The notes under the pieces: generated by a model | Told to the model about the DNA's origin: nothing | Databases searched by the model: none | The model's input: only the letters and a program-made list of their open reading frames with translations | Shown: positions 36,345-48,085 of the stretch, one piece after another | How the letters are laid out: every line of letters starts with the position of its first letter | Numbering within the stretch: the first letter of the stretch is position 1 | Made by a program: the position numbers and the translations under genes | Assembly (NCBI RefSeq): GCF_036971445.1 | Contig: NC_091470.1 | Coordinates: 150,908,001-150,972,000 of the forward strand | From: Narcine bancroftii | Lineage: Eukaryota | Direction: 5' to 3' | Length of the DNA stretch: 64,000 nt

Positions 36345-38720
36345 TTGGAGAAAAAAGGTACTAGAATCTGGAACAAAACTCAACATGGTGTTGGAAAACA
36401 AAAAGAATTTGTTGATGTTTTGGTTGAAACCCTGCATTTGGACTGTTGTGGGAAAGAGAAAGAAGAAAGGTGGATAGTGTGTGGAAGCACAGAGACGAAC
36501 AGGTAGGTGATAAATGGAACCAGAAGAGGTGGGGAACTCATGAGCAGATGGTATCAGAGAGGAGAGGAGGGGAGGTATGGAAAAGGCGAACAAAGGGATA
36601 GAGCCCCTGGGTTGACAGGTGATAGTAGGGTGGGGGGACGGGTGTGGGTTACCTGAAACTAGAAAATACACTGTTCATGCAATTGTGTGGTCAGCTACCC
36701 AAGAAGAATATGAGATGTTGTTCTTTAGATTTATGTTTGATCCCACTGTGACAGTGGAAAAAGCTGAAGATGGACAGGTCGATGTAAGAAAGGGAAAGGG
36801 AGTTACAGTCAGAAGTTCAAATTTGCAGATATAGCAGAGAAGGAATTGGGAAGAAGTGCCACAGTAGGTGTGGAACAACACCAACAAAAGGATAGGCGTA
36901 GCCAGGGCCCACGTTTGATATGTACAAGTTCCCACTCCATGGTTTAAATCTTCACCTAGCTGGGGAGCAGAGGCCCCGTCACTTCTAAGGGTGGGACACC
37001 TGGTCTGGGAGGAATATGTTTTGGGATTGATCGCACTCCTGATCTGCAGGATGATGTCGATCATACGTGCCACCTTGTCTTACCTAATCTCACAGACCGC
37101 ACATCTGTGCCACTCTGTTCCTTCTTCGATTTTCCGCCTAGTTTGATACTAACATCAGATCTGAAACAAAAAAAAAAACAATTGAATGGCTGGTCAGCAT
37201 TGTTTCATCTCATTGATTTTTATCCTCCCACCTGGTTCTTGAAGGTCCAGTAAAATTTAATGGTTCCTGGACAAGTGGCCATTCTTAATGTATAGGGCAA
37301 ATAGGATTGAATAGGTCAAAGGTTCCTTTTAAAGTCACATATTAATAATTAAAAATGTAACATATATGATGTACTTCAACACTTGCCTGCCGTAAGGCAG
37401 ACAAAGAGTCACCATTAGTATTACCCGGTGCCCCAGTATGAAAGAGAAGCAAGAGTCCCTTCCACAGCTTCTGCAGCCACATTGTACCTTGATACCTTGA
37501 TGAAAAGCTCAAACCTGAAATATGGTTATACATCTTTATCTTTGCTATATAAAGTACACTGTTTGACAAGCTGAGTTTCTCCAGCATTGTGTTTTTATTT
37601 TCAATTACAGTGTCTGCAAACGTTCATGTTTTACTCACTTTGGATCCATGTGACTTAGTCTTCTGGACCAGCATATCATTTCAGACCTAGCTAAATGTTT
37701 TATTAAAGTATACTACATACACTGCCATTCCCTCATCAAACATCTATGTCACTTCTCAAAAAAAAACAATCAAAACATTCCCAGTACAAAGCCATGCTTA
37801 ACAGCCCTAATAACATTTTGCTTTACCAAGTGTGAATATGTTCTGTCCCTTAAAATCTTCAATAATTCTCCTATCACAAATAAAGATTTAAGTCTATAAT
37901 TTGCTGTCATGTCTCTATTGCCCTCTTAAAAATAATGTTGGTGACACAGGAGGGACTATTGATGTTAGAAAAGAAACAATCTGCTGGAGGAACTGAACAG
38001 GTGAAGCAGCACGAGGGAGAAGAAGAATGGTTAATGTTTCGGATCTTAAACCATTTAGATTGAGAACACAGAGGTAGGGGAAGAGCCAATATAAGAGGAC
38101 ACGGTGGGAGGGGTTGGCCAGGGACCAGCTATGGATTGCTGTCGATGAGAGGGATCATTTTTGAACATTGGTTGATGACAAAGTTCTTAGTTGACTTGAA
38201 AAAAAAATTAAGGTGGCTAAGTCCCTGTGGCCTGCTGGAGAAGGGAGGGTAAAGGATGATGGACATATGGGAAGTCGGAAGCAGTTGATTGGCAGATGCC
38301 AGACAAAGGGGGAAGAGAAGCAAGAGAAATAAAAGGGGGTCAGGTGGAGGAAGATGTGTCACATAGAGATGGCTGGTGAGTGGCGCTGGTTAAGTGGAAA
38401 CAAGGGCTGCCCGTGCTGGAATCTGGTAAGTGCAGAGGATGTTAGGAGAGAGGCGAAGGACAAAATGGAGCAGATAGAACTGAAAGTGGAAGGGAGGAAG
38501 GGGAAGCAGAAGGAAATCCTGGAAGTGGAAAATGGAACCAGAAAGGGGAGGGGGATAGGAATGTGTGAGCGGTGGGTGGAGGTATGTGGGAAAGGGGACA
38601 ATAATGAGGGAGGACATGGGGAAGAACAGAAGTAGCTTGGAAGAAGAGAGAGGGAACCTGTTACATGAAACTGGAAAATTCAAAGTTTATACCATTATAC
38701 CTGGCAGAATATGACGTTCC
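36345..38720. mobile_element. Cluster of degraded Penelope-like fragments (36345-36830, 37490-37640, 37965-38720)
   Basis: Terminal-repeat motifs (GCTGGAGGAACT..CAGG..AGCAGCA), purine-rich tracts and GTTACCTGAAACT.GAAAAT junctions typical of these elements as recalled. Confidence 0.4.
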
Positions 38721-41182
38721 TAACTACATCTTCTAAACACTCGCCCATGGCTAAAGAGGAGACAAAGATCTTGATCTAGGCCCTGGCAATCTCCTCCCTT
38801 GCTTCCACAGTATTCTGGGATAGATTTGATTAAGCCTTAAAGGCTTAACCACCTTAATGTGTTTTCAAGAAAACTCAAAACTCTTATCAACCAATGTTGA
38901 AAATTGATTCCTGCTTGAGACTACTATTCATCAAATAGGTCACAGTGTAATGATAAATGTACATCACACTAAGTGCATTCATCCAGAATACGGTCAAACA
39001 TCCTCGTATCATTCTGATTCCAGCACTATTGTCTCTACCACACATTCTCTGGGACATTTTATAAACTGAAACTAAGCCACAATCATTTGTAGGTGAGGAT
39101 TATTTTAATTTCAATGAATGTGCAGTTAAACCAGCATGAAAGTGTATGGACAAATATTTTTGCATCCTTCAGGGATTATATTAGACTACTTGCAGCAGAG
39201 GGAACATCATGTGGTGTGTTGCTCTCTATCAGATGATTGGTACATGGCTAGGAGCATGTTTTAGAGATGGCAATTGATTTAATTTATTAAGGAGAGAACA
39301 ATCAATGAGTGTGTGGTGAATTTTGGCTGCTGTGAGGTATAAGGGAATAATTCAATCACAGAATTTCAAAGACACCATGAATCAAAAAAAGGAAAATCAG
39401 AAGTGCGCATCTGGGACGTAATGCTGAGCAATGATATCCTTGTAAAAACTGCAGCTGACATTTCTTACTGAATTATTTAAAAGAAAATTTCATCCCTCCA
39501 CTCCTAATTGGTTTCCTCATCATAACCCCACGATGGTAATCTGTGTATTTTAACTATTTACCATTGACATTATGCTTGGGAAACGAAGGCCTATGACACA
39601 TATCAGGGACTGGTTCGACTGGTATTAAAACTCTCCTGCAGGTTATCCAGGCACTCTCTTTGAGAGTGAATTGAGATTAAACCTATTCTTGCTCTCACAT
39701 GGGCTCAGAACATACTGGGTCATAAAGCCCTAAAGTGTTGGCAATCTTGCCTGGGTTGGGTGATCTGAATGTATTTTTTTTTTGCGTGTATGCAAAAACA
39801 TGTGCAGTGAAGAAAGTAGCAAATTAAGAATTTATTCTTCCTAAAGGTGAGTGCATTTGGGATGTTGAAATATATAGACTCTCAGGTCTGAACCCCACCC
39901 ACTTTGAACTCTTCCATTTCTGGTTTTAACAAAGGTGATGACTTGGAATGGAGGTGCAGGGTTTGGGACACTTATTTAAATACTAAGTGGTGGAATAATT
40001 CAGCTCATGATTAAATGGTGGGGCAGTCTCAATGGGATGAATAGCCTAATTCTGCCCCTGCCTTAGGGTCTTATGGTCAAACTCAGTCTTTCAGGTTTCT
40101 TTTCTTTTCCTGTTTAGAAATGCTGCCAAATAAATATTCTCTCATCATTAAACAGCTTTTCCTGGAATTATGTGCTCATTCCTTGGGCCACTCTCACAGG
40201 TGAGTTCTCATCCCCTTACCCTTTCCTTGTGTGTCTAGGTATGCCTTTTGGTAAGAAAAGAAACTCCTGTTTGCTACATTGCGATTTGGTTGACAGCATC
40301 TTGTTTTGACAAAAGATTTCACCAGACAAACTATAAAGTGAATTTATTGGATAAGCTATTAAACAAGCAGAAATATAATGCATATGTTGTAATCAACCTT
40401 GGATTTTACACTAGGTGTTGACAAAACTAATGCAAAAAACACTGCTGCCTGGAATTTTATTCGGACTCAGTAATTGTCAGGTTCTTTTGAAACTGCAGAC
40501 AAAATTCTCACCTGTTTTGCCAATGGCAATTGATACTGACATTTCCTGTTAATCTAATTAGCATAAACCAGAATGTGAAATATAAAGTTCAAGCTTAGTT
40601 TTTAAGCCATCAAAACCATTGTTTATCATCACCAGTTGGTGAAGATGAAAGCTCTTCAAAGGAGGTAGGGAATGAGGGTTATAGGGACCTGGCACAGAAT
40701 TGACAAGGTTTGAGGCAGCCACATTCGGATTGAATAGCAGGGCATGTTTGAGGGCATAGTGGCCTACTTCTGCTCCTTTCTTTAAATGTTCTTATCTTCA
40801 ACTTTGTAACACACTCCAATGTCATTAAACTCCACTCAGAGTTCTGGAGAGGAAATATCTGAAATACAGTGAAACTTCCGGAATCTGGCACCTATGGGGA
40901 TTGGTAGATGCTGGATAAATAAATTTTCTAGTTGCTTGAGACTGCCTTTTGCATGATAGTGAACTGACCACTAGGGGCACCAATTTTAAACTTTCAGATT
41001 TTTAACCTTTTTTTTGCTGGTTGCTTGAGGCGGATTTTACTGTAATACCTAAAACACCAGAAATGTGACTTTGAATCCCTTTGTGTTTAAAATTTGGGCA
41101 AAAATATTACACCATTTTGAAGAAACACAATAGATGTTATAAATGCGGAATACATTATCAGCCCGTTCTACACTCACAGAAT

Positions 41183-41320
41183 TTGATGAAAGGCTCAAGC
41201 CCGAAACATTGGTTATGTATCTTTAACTTTGCTACATAATGTACACTGTTTGACCAGATGTGTTTCTCCAGCATTGTGTTTTTACTTCAATCATGGTGTC
41301 TGCAGACTTTTGTCTTAGAC
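41183..41320 (+). mobile_element. Penelope-like terminal repeat with hammerhead-like core
   Basis: TTGATGA-A-AGGCT-CA-AGCCC-GAAAC; downstream sequence nearly the same as 37496-37640. Confidence 0.55.
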
Positions 41321-41681
41321 TAACGACTATCTGAAAAACCTCCTTTAGTTTTATCAGGCTGCTGGACAATAGCAGGTTTCTTTTTGACTCTCTCTCTCTG
41401 TAAAACTATTCCCTCTAAGTGCTCTTTTTCCATCACATGGAACCTCGCAGTATTTATCCTTGGGCTGCAGAAATGCTGCGATCAATGCAAGGTGACAGGT
41501 GCCTGAAGAGGTCCCGGTCTCGGTGGCATTAACACCCTTGTAGATTGCCATTTGTGCATTGAGGAGCACCCCAAAAACATTCTGCTTCAATGCAGAGGCA
41601 GCAGTTGAGTTATGAGGCTTCTTCATCACTGTGTCAGCATACCAGCTGTCAGCATTTTCAGCATCCTTCAAAAATTCATAC

Positions 41682-41693
41682 CTCTATCTCCAA
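41682..41693 (-). CDS. Candidate 12-nt microexon TTGGAGATAGAG
   Basis: tttctttgatctgtgttgcactattgaactgcttacag acceptor with TGC motifs; donor GAG|gtatga; phase 1-1 fits exon 33918-34062. Confidence 0.4.
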
Positions 41694-42412
41694 CTGTAAG
41701 CAGTTCAATAGTGCAACACAGATCAAAGAAACCTTCACTCGCCCCCAGGTTGCTGCCCATTAAGTATTGACTCTCCTCCACTGAAAACCAAACCCTTCAT
41801 CTGCTTTCTACTTCAAGGTGGATGGGAATTCTTGCTCTCTCTGTCTCTAAGATGATCTTAAACTACAACATCAGATAGGTTGCTATGTCAACATATAAAT
41901 ATTTTATTTTGTTCTTTCCCAACCATGAGACAAATACGTAGGAAGGAGGCAAAGATCTAACCCTCAGTCAAGCTGTGTGTGGGAAGCAGATACACAAGAA
42001 ATGTGGCGGAGAGAAACGTTTTAAGGGATATTGCCCTCAGGAAAAGAAATACTCACGGAACGTATTTGAACAGATGCAAAATGGGAAGATTACAGTTGTT
42101 CTCTGCTCAGTGCGATTCCTCTCCTTACACAGCACAACACACTCATCACTGGGTCACTCACCATTGCCAGGTTATTCATCTCCACTGCATTGGTCCACTT
42201 TATGGAACCCGGTGTGCTGAAGTGCCATCATTTCCCAGTCATGCCTGGTGTAGAACAAGCAAGGCCAGCACAAAGTTTGATTTTGTTGACCCATCGGTGT
42301 CATATAACCTGATGATAATTACCTGTCAGCTATTTCACAAACCGATAAGTGGATGACGTAGCTGAGATTTCAGATTGTTCGATGGGAAAATATGCAGGGA
42401 ATGAAACCATAC

Positions 42413-43660
42413 TCAAAGTCAAAGTCAAAGTTCAGATTTATTGCCAGAGTACATACATGATATCACATATAACCCTGAGATTCTCTTTCCTGTGGGCCTG
42501 GCATAAGTTTCTACTTATCAGTGGTGCAAAAAAATGTACCCAAAAGAAGATATGCATACAAAAGAGAGAAATATAAACAAAGAAATAAATGTAAACAAAC
42601 TGACTGAAATCTAGAAAAAAATATTCAGTAACAAACAATGTGCAAAGTAAGAATCTTTAAATGAGTCTCTGATTGTGTTTGTGTTTAGGGATCTGATGGT
42701 GGAGGGGTAGCAAATGTTCCTGAATCTGGTTGGACCTATACCCCTTTCCTAATGGCATAACGGGAACAGAGTGTATCCTGAATGGTGTGGATCATTGATG
42801 ATGTTGCTGCTCTCCAATGGCCGTGTTTCATGTAGATTTTCTCAAAGGTGGCAGGAGTTTTGACTGTGATGAGCTGGGCTATGTCCACCACCTTTTGCAG
42901 GGCTTTCCACTCAGAGGTATCAGTGTCCTCATACCAGGCCATAATGCAGTCGCTCAGCTTACTTTCTATTGCACATCTGTAGGAGTTTGCCAAGGTTTCC
43001 AATGTCATACCAAACCTCCACAAACCCCTGAGGAAGTAGGGGTTTGACATGCTTTCTTCACAATGACATTAGTATGATGGGTCCAGGAAAGATCCTCCAA
43101 GATAGTGACTCCCAGGAATTTAAATTTGCTCACCCTCTCTACCTCTGATCCCCCAGTGATCACTGGATCATACACCTCTGGTTTTCCCTTTCTAAAGTCC
43201 ACAATCAGCCTTGGTGACATGGAGTGAGAGGTTGCTGTTAGTACACCATCTCCTTCCTGCATTCTGACTCATCGCTCCTTTTCATAGAGCCCATTACTAT
43301 GGTATCATCAGAAAATTTATAGATGGTGTTGTTGTCGTATCAAGGCATATAGATGTCAAGTGAGTAGACCAGGGGGCTAAGTATGGAGCCATGTGGTGCT
43401 CCGGTGCTGATGGAGATTGTGGAGGAGATATTCTTGCCAATCTGCATGGATTGGGGTCTGAAGGAAAGGATCTAATTACACAGCGGAGTATTGAGGCCCA
43501 GGTTTTGGAGTTTTCCAAACAGTTTTGAAGGGATGATGCTGTTGAATGCCAAATTGCAGTCAATAAAGAGCATCTTGATGTGTGCATCTTTGCTGTCTAG
43601 GTGTTCCAACATTTTGTGTCGAGCCAGTGTGATGGCATCTGCCACAAACCTGTTGCAAAT
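42413..43660 (-). mobile_element. Rex1/Babar-type LINE, degraded RT region
   Basis: [30 protein letters not shown]; LIVDFRKGKPEVYDPV...FKFLGVTILEDLSW; (TTTGAC)n tail. Confidence 0.85.
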
Positions 43661-43759
43661 TGGAACTGATGAAATCACACACAGTGAGTAGCAACAGCGA
43701 AAATGCAGTAAAAAAGAATTGACAGTGAAACTGTACAGAGCAAGAGTCAATGGTCAAAA

Positions 43760-44820
43760 GGTCATGGAGTTGTACAGTACAGAAACTATCCCTTCATTCC
43801 ATCATCATTCCCCAACCTTTTGTCCAGCTAGAATAATCCCATTTGTCCCCATTAGAGCTACATCATTCTGACCATTCCCTATTGCAGTGCTTACCTAAAT
43901 GTCTCAAATGTAATGCTTACATCTGATTCCACTGCCTCCTCTGGCAGCATTACAGATATCAACTACTCTCTGAGTAAAAAGCTTTCCCTTCAAATCCCCT
44001 TTAAAACTTTTTAATCTCATATTGCATACAGTATTTGCTACTGTTGCCTCAGGATAAAAGGTGCTAGCTATCCACCTATTTATGCCTATCATAATCTTGT
44101 AGACCTCTATTAAGTCAACTTTCATTCTTCCAAAGAGAAAAGCCCTCCCTCTGCTAACCTTGACTCATAAGGCATCTTCTCTAATCCAGGCCATATCCTC
44201 TACACCAAAACTTCCACGTCCTTAACGGCATCCAGAACTGAACACAATATTCCAAGTGTGGTCTAAAAGGAGTTTTATAGAGCAGCAACATTAATCACGG
44301 TTCTTGAACTCAATCCCCCGATTAATGAAGGCCAGTATATCATAAGCCTTCTTATCTACCCTATCAATCTGTGTGGCAACCTTGAGAGATTTATGGATCT
44401 GGAGCCCAAGGATCCTCTGTTCTTTCACACTGTTGAGAATCCTGCTATTAATCATGTACTTCAAATTCAAGTTCAACCTTCCAAAGAGCATCACACTTGT
44501 TGGGATTAAGTTCCATCTGCTAAGAGTCTGGCCAACTTTCCATTTGATCTGTATCCTGCTGCAGCTTTAGACAACCTTCCTTCCCCCCACAACAGCACTG
44601 AGCTCTGTGTCATCTGATCATACTAATCATACCTCCTACCTTCACTTCCAAGTATATTACTGATCACAGACTTTCAATTAGAAAAATATCCTTCCACTAC
44701 CATCCTGGACCTTTTATCACTATGCCAACCTTGGATCCAGATAGCAATCTCATGTTAACTCCCACATGTCTTGACCTTCTGGACCAGCCTACCATTTGGG
44801 ACCTTGTCAAATGCCTTACA
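43760..44820 (-). mobile_element. CR1 LINE, degraded 3' ~1 kb
   Basis: LGLQIHKSLKVATQIDRVDKKAY..LAFINRGIEFK; DLIEVYKIM. Confidence 0.8.
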
Positions 44821-44829
44821 ATAAAAAAA

Positions 44830-45610
44830 ATCCAATAATGAAAGCATCTCAGTGGCAGTTAACAGTAAAACTGTACTCAATTCCAGTCAAAGATGAAACT
44901 ATACTCAAGTGGAGCCAGCCGTGAAATGGTTCGCAATGACTGTTAATGCCAAAGCCAGAAGCAACTGAAAAACTAAGGTGAAACTTCTGTTCTGGGATGG
45001 AGTCACCAGTAAAACTGTACATCGAGATCATCAATGTGAAACTGTGCTCAGCAAGGGACCCTACTCTGCAATACCAGTGATGAAACTGTATTTAATGTGT
45101 ATCAGCAGAAGCTGATTGTGAAACCATCCACAGTGAAAGCTAATAATGTTACCATATATAGTGAGATGCAATGGTGAAGCAATGCACAACCTGAGTCAAG
45201 GGAAAAATCATTCTCGGAAAGAATCAATGGTGAAACCATACGTAATGAGCACTGACACTGATACCATACTGAGGAAGATCCAATGATATCATGCCCAGTG
45301 AGAGTAAAATCATACTCAGCAAATTGTAAAACCATATTCACAAAACACAACAGTGAAATTCTACTCAGTGGTGAAATTGTACCATGGAGGACCAACAGTG
45401 AAACCAAGCTCAGTCAGAGTCAACAGCCCTGAAACTAGATGGTGAGTCAGTGGTGAAACCATATTAATACAAGTCAAGGCTGACATTGGACTCAGTGAGA
45501 ATTAATGATAAAACTGTACTCAGCTGGAAGCAATGGTGAGATTGTGTTCAGAAACAGTCAATAGTAAAACTATGCCTAGGGAAAAATGGTGAGGCTTTGT
45601 TCAGTCTGTC
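44830..45610. repeat. Degenerate ~30-bp minisatellite (GTGAAACTGTACTCAG core); further units at 43660-43760
   Basis: Many diverged copies of AATGGTGAAAC[TG/CA]TACTCAG. Confidence 0.7.
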
Positions 45611-46895
45611 AACCATTTTAGGAGAGAAAGACAGTGAATGTGGGAGATAAAAATTACCAGCACTTGAGTGATCCTGGTTTCCCTCACACTCAAAATGGAA
45701 AGGGAAATAGAATCCAGGAACTTGTCTGAGATTTGGTGACATTCCATACAAGTGAAATGTCATGCAACCTCACTTCACAATGCCTGCTTGTTCCATATTA
45801 AAACAATATATCTCTCACATTGTTTCTTTGTTCCTTGGCTGAATGCTCAAATTCGACAGCTTCGCACTGGCTTGACCTGGCAACATGCAGTTGGGAAGGG
45901 GTTAAAACAGCTGGCATTCCCATTACCTCAGCGGCTGCATCCGCTCCATATACTGTGCTACATTCTTATTCCAGCATTGCGTCAGAGAAAAAGCATTCAT
46001 CCCGAGCAGCAGGGATTTAACATTTAAGCCTGCAGCAACCAAATTACATCCGTCAGATCCAGCTGGTCTGTGTTCAGGCCTTACACCTGCTTTACTCTAT
46101 TATTTGCACCATGAAATGGCAGACCATCCATTTGGAGACAGGCAACCTTTAAGGTTCCTGGTGAGCTAAGAAAATAATTCCATTTTCTTTAAAGTAGTTC
46201 ATTTTATTTTGCTGGTGGCTCTTTTGATAGGAGGTTCTATTTCACCAGGTGGGATCCAGATTCAAACTTGGTTTTTGCTGTCAGTTGCAGGTGACAGGGC
46301 ATTGTTGGTCTACGACCAGGGCGAATCAGCCAGGGTTCCTGCTCCGATGGCTCCAGCTGGGAGGCCCAGATAGGGTTCAGCTGCCTTGGCTCTCTTCTCC
46401 CATTTAACTTACGGCTTGGCTCACACACAGAAATGGTAATAAGTAGTGTTGGGTACACGACAGCAGGGCATATACATGATCACTAGAATTGTATCCCTGT
46501 GAGAGCAAGTAACCTTGGAGAAACTGACAAGGAATTGAGCTTTTTTAAAATGTCGTCTGAAGGGCAAACCTGAGACAATTGCACAAACAAAAAGTTCAAA
46601 AATGAAGCCACCCAGAGGCACCCAGAGCTGCTAAGATGATTTGTGCATCTGATCTTCTTCTGACAGCATCAGACCTAAGAATTGAATTGAAACTAGAGAT
46701 AGTGAGAAACATGGGATTGAATGAACAGATGAAACCTTGAGGATCCAATTAGCAGTTAAGTAGAGGCTGCAGTAGGGTTGTCAAGCATCCCTGGAAGTAC
46801 CAATGTGTGAGTTCCCTGCCTAAAATCACAGCCTCTCCTGGTGTATTCCTGTCACCACAACTGAACAATAAACCAACTCTTCATATCGAAGACAG

Positions 46896-48085
46896 ATTTC
46901 AGATTTATTGTCAGTGGACATACGTGACATCATGTTAAAGAAAACATATCATGAATTATTCACATCTACTGTCCAATCCTTTCAGCATTGGAAAGGCAAT
47001 CTGTTTGCTCATAGTTTTGCTATTATCTGATTCCACCTGCTTTGAATTCGCCCATCGTTATTGAATGAAGATCTACCGGGACCAATGCCTGAAGAGGGCG
47101 CACAAAATCAGTGAACCGGTGCGGACTCGAAAGGCCAACATGGCCTGTTTCCGCTCCGTAAATGATTATATGGTTATATGGATTATATCCAACCCTGAGA
47201 TTCCTTTATCCTGTGGTCGCGGCAGAATTACCACTAATTGGTAGTGCAAAAAATAAACTGTACACCACATAAACATATAAACAAATAAAAGAACTGTAAA
47301 CAGATAACAAATATAAACAAACTGACTCTTCAATATAGAGAGAACAAAGAAAATCAATAAAGTGCACAAGTAAGAGACCTGAAATGAGTCTCTGAGTTTG
47401 TCGTTGAGGAGTCTGATGGTGGAGGGGGTAGCAGCTGATCCTGAACCTGGTGGTGCAAGTCTTGTGGCACCTACACCTCTTTCCTGATGGCAGCAGCGAG
47501 AACAGAGCATGTGCTAGGAGTTATGGGTCTTTAATAATTGTTGCTTCCCTCTGATGGCAGTGTTTCCTGTAGATGTACTCAACAGTGGGGAGGGTTTTGC
47601 CTGTGATGTCCTGGGCTCAGGGGTAATGGTGTTTCCATACCAGACCGTGATGCAGCCAGTCAGCACACTTTCCACCACACATCTGTAGAAATTTGCCCAG
47701 GTTTCTGGTGTCATACCAAACCTCCATAAACTCCTGAGGAAGTAGAGGTGCTGACATGCTTTCTTCATGATGGCATTGGTGTGTTGGGTCCAGAAAAAAT
47801 TCTCCAAGATAGTAACTCCCAAGAACCTACAATTTCTCTCCCTCTCCACCTCTGATCCCCCAATGATCACTGAATTGTATACTTCTGGCTTTCCTTTCCT
47901 GAAGTTAGCAATCAGCTCCTTAGTTTTTGGTATCATGTCCATCCTGTATGTGGACTCATCCCTTTCCTTTATACAACCCACTACCATGGTATCATCAACA
48001 AATTTCTAGATGATGTTATTGTTGTACCGAGCTACACGGTCGTAGGTGTAAAGTGAGTAGGGCAGTGGGCTAAAAAGACAGCACC
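46896..48085 (-). mobile_element. Rex1/Babar-type LINE fragment; tail split by other fragments including a CR1 3' end at ~47115-47185
   Basis: KTKELIANFRKGKPEVY...FLGVTILEN..W...YRCVVESVLTGCITVWYG; TTATATGG tail of CR1 piece. Confidence 0.75.

Noticed and set aside
40967-40982. CTCF-like site GACCACTAGGGGCACC
   Set aside because: One base short of the core consensus spacing; a single weak match
41354-41671. 105-aa minus-strand ORF
   Set aside because: Non-ATG start, lies just inside the intron after the candidate microexon donor, no motif
46413-46496. 84-nt minus-strand exon-like unit with good splice sites
   Set aside because: Only phase 0 is open, so it does not join the phase-1 chain, and the peptide is unconvincing; could still be a UTR or cryptic exon
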